The notes under the pieces were generated by a model. That model was given only the letters and a program-made list of their open reading frames with translations. It did not search any database and was not told where the DNA came from. The position numbers and the translations under genes are program-made. Below, in pieces: positions 19,418-28,491 of a stretch of DNA of 49,545 nt (the first letter of the stretch is position 1; every line of letters starts with the position of its first letter). The stretch is from an uncultured archaeon. Lineage in GTDB: Archaea; Altiarchaeota; Altiarchaeia; JAFGQM01. The stretch spans positions 1 to 49,545 of the forward strand of contig CAZUDQ010000010.1 in NCBI GenBank assembly GCA_964619365.1, read 5' to 3'.

Positions 19418-20023
19418 TTATTTTTTATTTCCGTTTAGCTCTAGTATTATCAAGCTTAGTTCCTTTATTTTAGTCTTTAGTTCAATCATCTTAAGCTCTC
19501 GGGCAACTGCTAATTTCTGGAATCGCTCTAATTCATCAAGTTTTTTCTTCATTGCTTTGTGTTTGGTATCGTTACAACTAGGTATATTTTCTATAGCAAG
19601 CAGAATCATTTGTGATTTTGTATCTGTTGGGCGTATGCGCCGGGAATTTACTAAGAGCTCCCTCTTGTCGATATTGGGGAAATCACATTCTATCTTATAA
19701 TCCTTAACGCGCTTATTTTTTGTAAGGATATCTGTTAGCAACTTTCGCAGGGTGGGCATGTTCCATTGCCCACTACCCAAATCATAAATCGAATGACCCG
19801 TAATTTCATTAGGGGCGACTTTAAATAGTTTATAAAAAGAGCGACTAGCCACCTTTACCTTTAGCTCAGAATCAAGTACAATACAAGGTTCCCGCACAGT
19901 TTCTATGATGTTTTTAGTAACTTTGCAAATCTCTTTTGCTTGTTTACCAATATCATCACACAGAGGTAATTCTCTTTTTGATATTTTTTTTGTCTCTCCA
20001 GCCATTTTAATCCACAAACTCAT
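19418..20023 (-). CDS. PAS-domain protein with C-terminal coiled coil (RELKMIELK motif); alternative start 20005
   Basis: IIETVREPCIVLDSELKV..ASRSFY..F....G.SIYDLG.GQW PAS signature; ELERFQKLAVARELKMIELK tail. Confidence 0.8.
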   Translation of the reverse strand: MSLWIKMAGETKKISKRELPLCDDIGKQAKEICKVTKNIIETVREPCIVLDSELKVKVASRSFYKLFKVAPNEITGHSIYDLGSGQWNMPTLRKLLTDILTKNKRVKDYKIECDFPNIDKRELLVNSRRIRPTDTKSQMILLAIENIPSCNDTKHKAMKKKLDELERFQKLAVARELKMIELKTKIKELSLIILELNGNKK

Positions 20024-20140
20024 TTACGATTGATACTACTAAATGTATGGACTACTTATAAAAAGGTATGGTGGATGGAATTAATTTTAAAATTTTGAGA
20101 AAATCCGGCAAATCCTATAATGGATGGATGTAATTTTAGT

Positions 20141-20884
20141 TTAGTGCTCAATTGTGTCAAAGTAAGGCTCTATTATGGGTTTATTGCCCATAAGACTAAT
20201 AAAGGCCCTTAAATACATACCATTTAGTCGTATTATCCCGATTTGTTGCATCCTTCTTGCAGATGTGTTAACTATGAGTTTTCCATCAACTATTAACTTC
20301 CCCTTTTTTAACATACGGTGCGAGAGTTCGCCGTCTTCAAACATACTAAGACTTTCATCGAAGCCGCCTATTGCAAGGAATATGTCTTTGCGATACGCGC
20401 AGTTTGCAGTAGACAGTGCACCCATTCCAATGAAGCTTCCTACTCGCGGGAGTATGTTTAATTGTATCGCATAATGGAATTCATCCCATATCCGCCCATC
20501 AAAAGGCTTTTGGATGCCGCCAACACCCCACAATTTTTTATCATTTGCAAAGTTTTTTGCTATCCTTTCTATCCAATCATTCGCAACAACTGTATCCGCA
20601 TCAGTAAAAGCAAGAATATCTCCCTTAGCAATTTTTGCAGCCACATTACGTGCGATTCCTGGTCCCCCCCTTGGGGTGTAAATGACTTTTGCACCAAGCT
20701 TTCTTGCGATATCATCTGTCCCATCCTTAGAATGGCTGTCTGCAAGGATTATTTCAAAAGGCTTAAGCGCCCCATCAAGAATAGACTTTATGCACTTGCC
20801 AATGCCTTTTGCCTCATTTAGGCTCGGTATGATAACAGTTACCTTGGGAAGAGTCTCCATTGCCCTCTTTTTGATTTTTCTCAC
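20141..20884 (-). CDS. GT2 glycosyltransferase; likely start ATG 20860
   Basis: VTVIIPSLNE, SKDGT, ARN, FTDAD, GGFDE, EDGEL. Confidence 0.9.
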   Translation of the reverse strand: MRKIKKRAMETLPKVTVIIPSLNEAKGIGKCIKSILDGALKPFEIILADSHSKDGTDDIARKLGAKVIYTPRGGPGIARNVAAKIAKGDILAFTDADTVVANDWIERIAKNFANDKKLWGVGGIQKPFDGRIWDEFHYAIQLNILPRVGSFIGMGALSTANCAYRKDIFLAIGGFDESLSMFEDGELSHRMLKKGKLIVDGKLIVNTSARRMQQIGIIRLNGMYLRAFISLMGNKPIIEPYFDTIEH

Positions 20885-20929
20885 ATTAAAATCCTACTGC
20901 TTTTATTTCCTTTCCCCTAATATCTTAAA

Positions 20930-21097
20930 ATGAAATTAAATCCCTTTTCACGAAGTAAAAAGGAAGAGGAAAAAATGTCGTCGGAGCGCGAGCATATTAA
21001 AAATCGCCTTGCAAAAGTAAGAAAAGGCGCAAACGATTCCTGCGAAGGCCACGACGTAACTGATTTAGTATCAGGCCTTGCTGAAGGTGACGGGTGA
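20930..21097 (+). CDS. Small 55-aa hypothetical protein (MKLNPFSRSKKEEEK...), not in the ORF track
   Basis: ATG ORF filling the gap and abutting the aldolase stop; charged, helical composition. Confidence 0.5.
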   Translation: MKLNPFSRSKKEEEKMSSEREHIKNRLAKVRKGANDSCEGHDVTDLVSGLAEGDG

Positions 21098-22030
21098 TTA
21101 CTTGCAATCACGCTCGTATTCCGCCATAGCCTCATCAACATTCTTGTCATGAAACGTTATTGCTGAAACTGCGTTGCACATTGCAATAGCTTCTTTTAAG
21201 GGTTTTTGGTGGATGTTTCTTCCTGTCGCGTTGCCCCACGCGCCACTCACATGAATCTGGTCGTAAAGTCTTTGGAGGAACTTTGTTACATCCGTTGCAG
21301 AGCCGCCTGCACAAACAGCCTTTGTCCGCCCTGCCGCAACTACTGCTTCTTTCATCGCCTGAGCAGAATCAACACCCTCCTTTTTTGGGTAGTTGACCTT
21401 AACAAAGTCTGAACCGATACATGCCGCAACACCAGTTGCCCCGGCAATAAGATGTGGGTCTTTTTCGTCAGTTACAGCTTTTCCACGAGGATAAATCCAG
21501 AGTACTACGACAAGACCATTTTTGTGAGCCTCATAGACTATTTGAGCCGCTTCCCTTAGCATCTCGCGCTCGTACTCGCTTCCAAGATATATTGTATACC
21601 CGACGGCAACAATCTTTAGTTTTGAGTTGTTCTTTAGCTCAACGACCTGTGGGATATCAATCCAGGCTCCTGAATACGGATCCATTTGGTCTGTCTTGAC
21701 AAGATTGGCTTTCGAATTGATTTTGACAAGGTAGGCAACATCGGGATAGTCCATGCCGTATTGTGCGACAAGTCCGATTTGGGTTGCAAAAACCCCTATC
21801 TCACCCTCATTTGCGATTTTAAAAAGGTGCTCTGGGTTCGCGTCATCCTCAGCTATTCCCTTCCCGTAAAAGTCGTTATTAAGGTGTTCGACTTTTTGGT
21901 CGCCTGCAAAAAGCATGAGTCTCCCTGTCCCCTTTGTAATCTCGAGATAGTTTGCAATATATTCATCCTTTGCATTTTCCGGAACGCTTGCGGGAACCTT
22001 TATTTCTACTGGCCCTATTTTTGGATTCAT
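21098..22030 (-). CDS. Class I fructose-bisphosphate aldolase (DhnA type)
   Basis: LFAGDQKVEH, GYTIYLGSE, LWIYPRG, Schiff-base DFVKVNYP, CAGG, GNATGRNIHQ; divergent from the FBPase. Confidence 0.85.
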   Translation of the reverse strand: MNPKIGPVEIKVPASVPENAKDEYIANYLEITKGTGRLMLFAGDQKVEHLNNDFYGKGIAEDDANPEHLFKIANEGEIGVFATQIGLVAQYGMDYPDVAYLVKINSKANLVKTDQMDPYSGAWIDIPQVVELKNNSKLKIVAVGYTIYLGSEYEREMLREAAQIVYEAHKNGLVVVLWIYPRGKAVTDEKDPHLIAGATGVAACIGSDFVKVNYPKKEGVDSAQAMKEAVVAAGRTKAVCAGGSATDVTKFLQRLYDQIHVSGAWGNATGRNIHQKPLKEAIAMCNAVSAITFHDKNVDEAMAEYERDCK

Positions 22031-22115
22031 TTTAAATTTTAAAAATATTCCCCTTTTTTAAGTTCGGGACTTTAACTATTAGGATAATAAAAATCCTCTT
22101 CTTAATCCCTTTAAA

Positions 22116-23015
22116 ATGACTCCTAAAACACTGACCCAGGACATCTCATGGATGGAAAAAGATATTGTTGATATAATTTCAACATTAGCAAAGGTTTCGG
22201 CGGATATGCGAAGCACATTTCCAGATAAGCGTGGTCTTGCAGGAACAAAAAATGTTTATGGCGAGGAGCAGGAAAAGCTTGATGTCTGGGCTGACAAAGT
22301 CCTAACAAAAGAGCTCATTGACAGGGGGAAAGTAAAAGCAGTTCTTTCTGAAGAACAGGAGCAGGCGACAATGGGGACAGGGCGATATGTTGTTACAATG
22401 GACCCACTTGACGGGTCTTCAAACATAAAGAGCAACAATATGTTTGGTACAATAATCGGGATATATGACGGAAAAGATAAGGACTCCGTATTAATCGCAG
22501 GAAAAGACATGAACTGTGCCTTTTATGTGATGTATGGACCATTAACAAGTATTGTTCTTGCCTCAGAAAAAGGCGTTTCAGAATATCTTTATCATGAAGA
22601 TAAAAAGGATTTTTTCCTCGCAAAAGAGGGTATAACAATACCTGAACCCGGCAAGCTTTACAGCTTTGGCGGGGCAAACGACGGCTGGGATAAAAAGGAC
22701 TTGGCACTAAAGGATAAGTTCTTTGAGGCGGGCCTTAAGCTAAGATATGGCGGTGCTTTTGTCGGGGACATAAATCAGATTCTAACTTATGGGGGAATAT
22801 TCTTTTACCCGAAAAACAAAAAAATGGAGCGTGGCAAGCTTCGTCTAGTAATAGAATGCAATCCCATGGCATATATCATAACAAAAGCGGGTGGGAATGC
22901 GATTGATGATAAGGGAACTAGGATACTTGACATACCTCCAGAGAAAATAGCTCACAGGACGCCAATTTATATTGGCAGTAAAGAGCAAGTGGATATTGTT
23001 AAAAAGGACCTTTAA
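22116..23015 (+). CDS. fbp: Class I fructose-1,6-bisphosphatase
   Basis: NVYGEEQEKLDV, SEE, DPLDGSSN, LRYGGAFVGD, GKLRLVIECNPMA, HRTP. Confidence 0.95.
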   Translation: MTPKTLTQDISWMEKDIVDIISTLAKVSADMRSTFPDKRGLAGTKNVYGEEQEKLDVWADKVLTKELIDRGKVKAVLSEEQEQATMGTGRYVVTMDPLDGSSNIKSNNMFGTIIGIYDGKDKDSVLIAGKDMNCAFYVMYGPLTSIVLASEKGVSEYLYHEDKKDFFLAKEGITIPEPGKLYSFGGANDGWDKKDLALKDKFFEAGLKLRYGGAFVGDINQILTYGGIFFYPKNKKMERGKLRLVIECNPMAYIITKAGGNAIDDKGTRILDIPPEKIAHRTPIYIGSKEQVDIVKKDL

Positions 23016-23016
23016 C

Positions 23017-23365
23017 TTATCCAAAACCAAACTTCCGTTCATATTCTTTATGGGTCATCCACTCTAGTATCACAGAGACTACCACAAGCTTATCACCAAC
23101 TACAGTATAAACGAGTCTCCAGGAATCACTTAAATCATAGACTTTTAAGGTTATCAATACCGTATTTCCGTAAGTATTCTCTAGGTATGAGCTTAATTCT
23201 AAATCTTTCCCCAATGAAAGGGTCTGTTTCTAGCTTGTCAAGAGCTCTGACTATCATGTCATAAACTTCCTGTTCTTCGCCTCTGCCTTTTGCCAGAGAG
23301 TCAAAGGCTTCTTTGAGCCCCTTATCTGCAAAGTGGACTTCAATTCTCTTTTCAGAAGTCCTCAC
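23017..23365 (-). pseudogene. RelE-like toxin split by a +1 frameshift (ORFs 23135-23365 and 23017-23214)
   Basis: Joining at CTT AAA A GTC gives ...KYGIDNLKVYDLSDSWRLVYTV...ILEWMTHKEYERKF, a continuous 115-aa RelE-like sequence; GTGA overlap with the upstream gene. Confidence 0.7.
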
Positions 23366-23613
23366 CGTGCATTAACCGAGGTTTTGAGCAATCTGGGGTT
23401 ATGTGTCCAAAGAATAGCCCCGTCTTTATCTATTGCTATCTTTCCAGAATCCTCTAAATAGTCAAGTATCAGATTAAATGTTTGGTACATAGTCTTCTTT
23501 GGCAATTGCATCCAAAGTTGTCGCTTGTTTGGATATTCCCCACTATTCTTTAGAGTCTCTTCAACCATCATCACTGTATCAAGGCGTGGATAATGCAATA
23601 CATCAGATTTCAT
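23362..23613 (-). CDS. Small wHTH-like protein, putative antitoxin/regulator
   Basis: 83 aa; YPRLDTVMMVE...LWMQLPKKTMYQTF..ILDYLEDSGKI; coupled to the RelE-like gene. Confidence 0.75.
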   Translation of the reverse strand: MKSDVLHYPRLDTVMMVEETLKNSGEYPNKRQLWMQLPKKTMYQTFNLILDYLEDSGKIAIDKDGAILWTHNPRLLKTSVNAR

Positions 23614-23647
23614 TATATAAGTTTATATAATATATAAGTTTATATAA
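23614..23647. promoter_or_regulatory. Two tandem 17-bp palindromic repeats (TATATAAGTTTATATAA), candidate operator/TATA region
   Basis: Exact direct repeat at 23614-23630 and 23631-23647; each unit is TATATAA-GT-TTATATA; directly before the ATG at 23613. Confidence 0.6.
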
Positions 23648-23923
23648 TATAAACATATCAAGAATGAGACCCTTTTTGATATTCATCCCATTCAGGCACT
23701 ACATTCACACATTAATAGTAAGAGTGAGGCCCGCTCTCGCGCGGCGCACGAGAGCTAAGGCACACTTCTCCAAATTAGTCCGCCTCCCTTCCTTTGCGAA
23801 AGGTGCCTGCAAGGGGACAAAAGGGGCAGTTAAGATCCAATTGCCTTGTCCTTGCAAGCGGTAATAATAGCACATTAAAGTACTTGTAGTTATCGTAGGA
23901 TAATTTTATCCCCCAAGGATAAC

Positions 23924-24304
23924 TTAAGTAGGTATCATTTTTGGCATAGACTGCTTTGCCCCGTCTTCAAGAATCTTTTCGACATATCGCTTAAAGTCTG
24001 GGTCAGGACTTTTTGTCTTTTCATAACCGTCCCCCCGGCGAACATAATATGTAACGCTTCCCAGCGAGGATATATTCGAATTTAGAGGACCCTCAAGCGA
24101 GATTTCTGCTGCAAGACCTGAATATTCTTTTGGCAAGTATGCACCCGAGATTACAAATTGTTTCCTTATAGCCTCAAACTTAAAGCCCCAATTAGCAAGA
24201 GCTTTTTTGTATTCCGGTACATTTACAAATGTTTTTTTCTCTTTCATTTTTACAATAGCTAAAGCTAAGTTTGTCCTTGTTTTCCCCACAGTATGCATAG
24301 CCAA
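23924..24304 (-). CDS. Hypothetical protein, possibly 5'-frameshifted
   Basis: 126-aa ORF with no recognised family; a short upstream ORF ends at TAG 24307-24309. Confidence 0.55.
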   Translation of the reverse strand: MAMHTVGKTRTNLALAIVKMKEKKTFVNVPEYKKALANWGFKFEAIRKQFVISGAYLPKEYSGLAAEISLEGPLNSNISSLGSVTYYVRRGDGYEKTKSPDPDFKRYVEKILEDGAKQSMPKMIPT

Positions 24305-24444
24305 AGCTAAGCCTTAACATGTAGGCTTCTACCCATGGGAACTAGTGCCGGCTTGCACTGCGTCAAGTTTCCTTGAAACATCCCCAACAGGTTGCGGGAT
24401 ATTTGAGTGAGCCTGAATAAAAAGCTTTAGGGATTATTTTTTCC

Positions 24445-25326
24445 TTATACTGAAAAAAGGAGAAACCCTATACCCAATCCAACTACACTGCCACCTATTA
24501 TTGGGGGAAGAGCTGGAAGGGCTATTCTCTTTACGTTAGTTACATAATATATCGTAAATGCCAGGCCTAAAAGTGCGCCGATAACTGTTGTGATAACAAG
24601 TCCAAAACTGCCTGTTGACCTGAGCACGCCGACAAAAAGGATCAGCGGGATTGCAATATCTCCTGTCCCAAGAGCTATGATGTCGCCACCTTTACCTGAT
24701 GATTTTTTCTTTCTTGCCCCAGTCTTTATGCCTTTTGAGCTGGTCTGAAACATTACTGGAAGGTCGTTTTCAATCGCCCCGTCTGCAAGACCGACCATGT
24801 GTTTTGTCTTAAAGACAGAGATGTAATCATAAGCGGTAAGTACAAGTGCAAGAATAAGTGCAGGGACTATTCCAACCATCGCACCAAGGACGCCCCCGGC
24901 CCCTGCTATTGCGATTGCAAGGGTGATATTCTTTACAAAAAAGTTGCGCCAAACAAATCTTGCAAGGACACAGAGAAGCGCGCAGCCAAATGTTAATAGA
25001 AGGTAGGCAGATTCGCTTTCTAGGCCCGTAAAATTAAAGAAATCAAAAAAGAGGGTGTCCCACACAACAAGAGTTCCTACAAATATAATATATACTTCAA
25101 AGAGCCTGTAGAGTATGTTTCCCTTATAATACTTAAGGACTAAAAGAAGGACTATTGTCCCGATAGCTATAACCAAAAGAAGATATGCCGCCCCGAATGG
25201 GTCGTCAACATCACCCCCCGTCATAGGGTTTATGTCACCAACTTGTGGGATAAAACTTGCACCAACATAAATTCCAAGCGCGCTTGTTGCGACAAAAAGG
25301 AGGCAGAAAAAAGCTATCTTATTCAT
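24445..25326 (-). CDS. Presenilin-family intramembrane aspartyl protease
   Basis: YD (AYDYISVFKTKHM), GxGD (LGTGD) and PAL (LPALP) motifs; multi-TM. Confidence 0.9.
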   Translation of the reverse strand: MNKIAFFCLLFVATSALGIYVGASFIPQVGDINPMTGGDVDDPFGAAYLLLVIAIGTIVLLLVLKYYKGNILYRLFEVYIIFVGTLVVWDTLFFDFFNFTGLESESAYLLLTFGCALLCVLARFVWRNFFVKNITLAIAIAGAGGVLGAMVGIVPALILALVLTAYDYISVFKTKHMVGLADGAIENDLPVMFQTSSKGIKTGARKKKSSGKGGDIIALGTGDIAIPLILFVGVLRSTGSFGLVITTVIGALLGLAFTIYYVTNVKRIALPALPPIIGGSVVGLGIGFLLFSV

Positions 25327-25336
25327 TACGTAACTC

Positions 25337-27589
25337 CTATTTTACAACTTTTAGGTGGCCTTGCCTAGGTTCAAAAAGGTCTCCGTTTTCAAGGAGCTCG
25401 CGGATTATTTTTTCTGCTGCATGCTTATCAATATTATATGCGGTTTCTGCTTCTTCAATGACGCGGTCCATTGGAACGACTTCATATTCGTTTTGCAGGC
25501 TCTCAACTATGCGCCGTACATTTGTTAGCTTGTCACGCTTTGATTTTGGATGATCTGTCATCACACGGTCGATGTCAAATCCTCCGTTTTCATCCTCCAT
25601 TCCAAGTTCTCGCAAATAGAACTCAACAAGGCTTATTGCGCGATCTGCATCAGAGAGTTCAACGGTATCAGAAAGACGCACCTTTGCCGAGGCTTCAGAA
25701 AGACGTACAAGACCCTCAAGTTGTCGTGGGGTAAGGGGAACAGAACCTCCGCTTGCGCGCTTTCTTAACTCGACATAATAATCCTTTATTCGCTTAAACG
25801 CTTCATCAGAGAGTATGGGATGACAGTTCTTTCTTGCGTATCCAAAATATTTCTTTAAGATATCGCCTCTGATAACCGGAACTAATTGTGCTTCTGCTTT
25901 GATATCAGAAGCGTCAGGGTTTTGCGCCTTTTTCTGAGAATATCTATGTGCAGTTAGTATATGCTCGGCTAAGTTCTTATCACGTTTTTCATCTAAAACG
26001 TCTTTAATCGGGAAGATGAGGTCAAAACGGGAGATTAAGGAAGCAGGTATATTAAACTGCTCTGCCGGAGGTTTATATGGGTCGTATCTTGAGTACTTTG
26101 GGTTTGCTGCGGCAAGGACTGCAGACTCTGCCCTAAATGTTGCTATAATCCCTGCTTTTGCAACAGATACTGTTTGCTGTTCAAGAGCTTCGTGGATTGC
26201 CGAGCGGTCTTCCTCACTCATCTTATCAAATTCGTCGATACAGGCCATGCCGCCTGATGCCAGGACAAGTGCTCCAGCTTTTAGAACCCAGCCACCTTCT
26301 CCGAATTCATCCTTTTCTGCAATTGCAGTAAGACCTCCACCCGTTGCCGATTTTCCTGAAACGTAAAGTGACTTTGGCGCAAGGCGATTGACATATTTTA
26401 GAATCTGTGATTTTGCCGTTCCTGGATCACCTATCATGAGTATGTGGATAGAATCTCTTATTTTTGTCCCGTCAGGTAGGTTCTTGTTTGCGCAGCCGCC
26501 GCAAAGTTGTAGCATGACTGCCTCTTTTGCCTCTTTGTGGCCATAAATGGAAGGAGCTATGGATTTAATTAACTTATCATACACCATTGGGTCGCTTGCA
26601 AGAGCTTTTATCTCAGCCTCTTCCTCCTCTGTTATTTCAAGTTCGCTAAATTCATGTTCTGTAAACTCAATGTTATTTGCATCAATGAACTTTTGATAGA
26701 CTGTGCTCTGTTTGGGTTTCCCCCTTCCCGAACTTGCCTCTTCAAGTCGCAGGATGCCTGTTATGACTATCCTTTGTCCAGGAACTATCCTCTTTTTTAT
26801 AAGATCTTCTTCAAGCCAGACTGAGATTCGTTTTGCTTGGTCTCCACCCTTTAGAATTTCAAGCGGCTCTTGTATCTGGATTTTCTGGAAATCTATATAT
26901 CGTGATTGATCTTCCTCAAGTTCAAAGTCTGTGAACCGTTCACAATCAGGACATTTAGATGGCTTTTTGAGTCCTTTTTTTGGTTGGACGACCTCTACAA
27001 GATGCTCGCATTTTTTACATCTGAAAACACCCTTCCAAACCTTTGGAAGAACGTCAGTTGTTGTTGTGACAAGACCTTGAAGTGCAAACATCTTTCCAAG
27101 ATAGCGTGAGACGCAATCGCGGACCATAAGCTCACTTTCAGGCGGAAGGTTCTTTACCCTTACAAGGATAAGCATCTCTTCCTCATGGTCTCTTGCAAAA
27201 GCGATATGACGACTTTCGGCTTCTATTGCCTTATTGAATTCCAGAAGAACTTCATCAGGATAGGAAAGTAGCCTTTCAGATAAATTCGGCGAGAATGTCG
27301 CAAGCTCCTGGAAGTCAATTACTATTGAGCGTTTTTCAGGATAAAGGCTTCCCACAAGATCAAACTCTTCTTTGCAGTGTTCGCTTAAGAAACGTGGAAT
27401 CTCGTCCCATATTGCAGCCACATCCTCATTTAATTTTCCAGGGGGTTCTCCGGAGACCTCTTGAACTTGGGACGCGTCAGCCTCAAGAAGGCTATCCTCA
27501 TCTGAATCAACGATATTTTTAATAAACTCGCTATCTGGAGTATATTCCCCAGGCACCTCGTCTTCTTGCGTATCGTCGTTTTGTCCCAT
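25337..27589 (-). CDS. mcm: Replicative helicase MCM
   Basis: C4 zinc finger (CKKC..CPDC), Walker A GDPGTAKS, IDEFDKM, SRFD arginine finger, C-terminal winged helix; no intein. Confidence 0.98.
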   Translation of the reverse strand: MGQNDDTQEDEVPGEYTPDSEFIKNIVDSDEDSLLEADASQVQEVSGEPPGKLNEDVAAIWDEIPRFLSEHCKEEFDLVGSLYPEKRSIVIDFQELATFSPNLSERLLSYPDEVLLEFNKAIEAESRHIAFARDHEEEMLILVRVKNLPPESELMVRDCVSRYLGKMFALQGLVTTTTDVLPKVWKGVFRCKKCEHLVEVVQPKKGLKKPSKCPDCERFTDFELEEDQSRYIDFQKIQIQEPLEILKGGDQAKRISVWLEEDLIKKRIVPGQRIVITGILRLEEASSGRGKPKQSTVYQKFIDANNIEFTEHEFSELEITEEEEAEIKALASDPMVYDKLIKSIAPSIYGHKEAKEAVMLQLCGGCANKNLPDGTKIRDSIHILMIGDPGTAKSQILKYVNRLAPKSLYVSGKSATGGGLTAIAEKDEFGEGGWVLKAGALVLASGGMACIDEFDKMSEEDRSAIHEALEQQTVSVAKAGIIATFRAESAVLAAANPKYSRYDPYKPPAEQFNIPASLISRFDLIFPIKDVLDEKRDKNLAEHILTAHRYSQKKAQNPDASDIKAEAQLVPVIRGDILKKYFGYARKNCHPILSDEAFKRIKDYYVELRKRASGGSVPLTPRQLEGLVRLSEASAKVRLSDTVELSDADRAISLVEFYLRELGMEDENGGFDIDRVMTDHPKSKRDKLTNVRRIVESLQNEYEVVPMDRVIEEAETAYNIDKHAAEKIIRELLENGDLFEPRQGHLKVVK

Positions 27590-27731
27590 TTTATTGTTAA
27601 TAAGAAAAAGTCCTTTTTTAATCCCCCCAAAAGGGTTTAACTTTGCAAATAATAGCTAAAAAACAAAATAGAAAATAATACCCCCAAAAAGGGGGTCGGG
27701 TTATAAAATAATTAAAAAAAGGTCAGCGTGT

Positions 27732-28295
27732 TTATTCCATTACTGCGCCAACTTCGTGCATTGCTTTATCAACCTGCTCGATTGCCTGGTCGATAAATTC
27801 CCATTCTTTTGCTCCGACAACATTAATCTTTCCGGAGGTGAAAACAAGAACTACGCACTTTGGTTCTACGACACGGAATATAAGGCCTGGGAACTGCTCT
27901 GGCTCATACTCGACATTGTCAAGCTCTGTTGCCGCAACGTCAATATTTACCTCATATCCAAGATTTGCAGAGACAACAAGGTTTTGGACTTTGCTTTCCA
28001 TAACGTCACATTTTACATTGCCTTCTTTAAACTTCTTTTTGAGCTGTTCGACGACAAGCGGAATCTGGTCCCAGTGACGAGCGCCGGTGCAGTTGATTTT
28101 TCCCGAAGAAAAGATAAGCGCCGAGACGCGTGGCTCTTTCATGCGGTAAATTGCCCCAGGAAAATGATCTGGGTCGTATTCGATGTCCTTTGCTTTCTTT
28201 GAGAACTGCTCCAAGTTTATCTTATCGTGTATGTCCACTGAAACAACTAGGTTCTCAAGTTTCTTATCCCATTTTACATTGGTCATTTTTTTCAC
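27732..28295 (-). CDS. tbp: TATA-box-binding protein; alternative ATG 28286
   Basis: Two TBP repeats: EYDPDHFPGAIYR..ALIFSSGKINCTGA and EYEPEQFPGLIFR..LVFTSGKINVVGA. Confidence 0.97.
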   Translation of the reverse strand: MKKMTNVKWDKKLENLVVSVDIHDKINLEQFSKKAKDIEYDPDHFPGAIYRMKEPRVSALIFSSGKINCTGARHWDQIPLVVEQLKKKFKEGNVKCDVMESKVQNLVVSANLGYEVNIDVAATELDNVEYEPEQFPGLIFRVVEPKCVVLVFTSGKINVVGAKEWEFIDQAIEQVDKAMHEVGAVME

Positions 28296-28491
28296 TAAAA
28301 TTATTATGAATTATATGTTTTCTGTCCCCCGGAGACCTCTTGTTTTTCCAAGAAGAAAACGATATGTTAGAAGCTTCCTATATAAAAAGGTTTAAATAGA
28401 CTATATAAATGTCGCACAAATGTTTTTTATCCTGCCCCCCGCAAATAATTCGCCTTTATTCTACTAATATCTACCAATAATAACATCTACC

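Noticed and set aside
23664-23864. 66-aa plus-strand ORF, and RNase P RNA resemblance (GAGGCGGACUA on the minus strand)
   Set aside because: The ORF composition is not protein-like; the matching 5' GAGGAAGUUCCGCC-type element of RNase P RNA is absent
24445-25326. GxGD protease as the prepilin peptidase for the pilin locus
   Set aside because: YD, GxGD and PAL motifs indicate the presenilin/A22 family, not A24 (PibD/EppA)
25337-27589. Intein in MCM
   Set aside because: Length and motifs are continuous across the Walker A/B region; no intein-sized insertion
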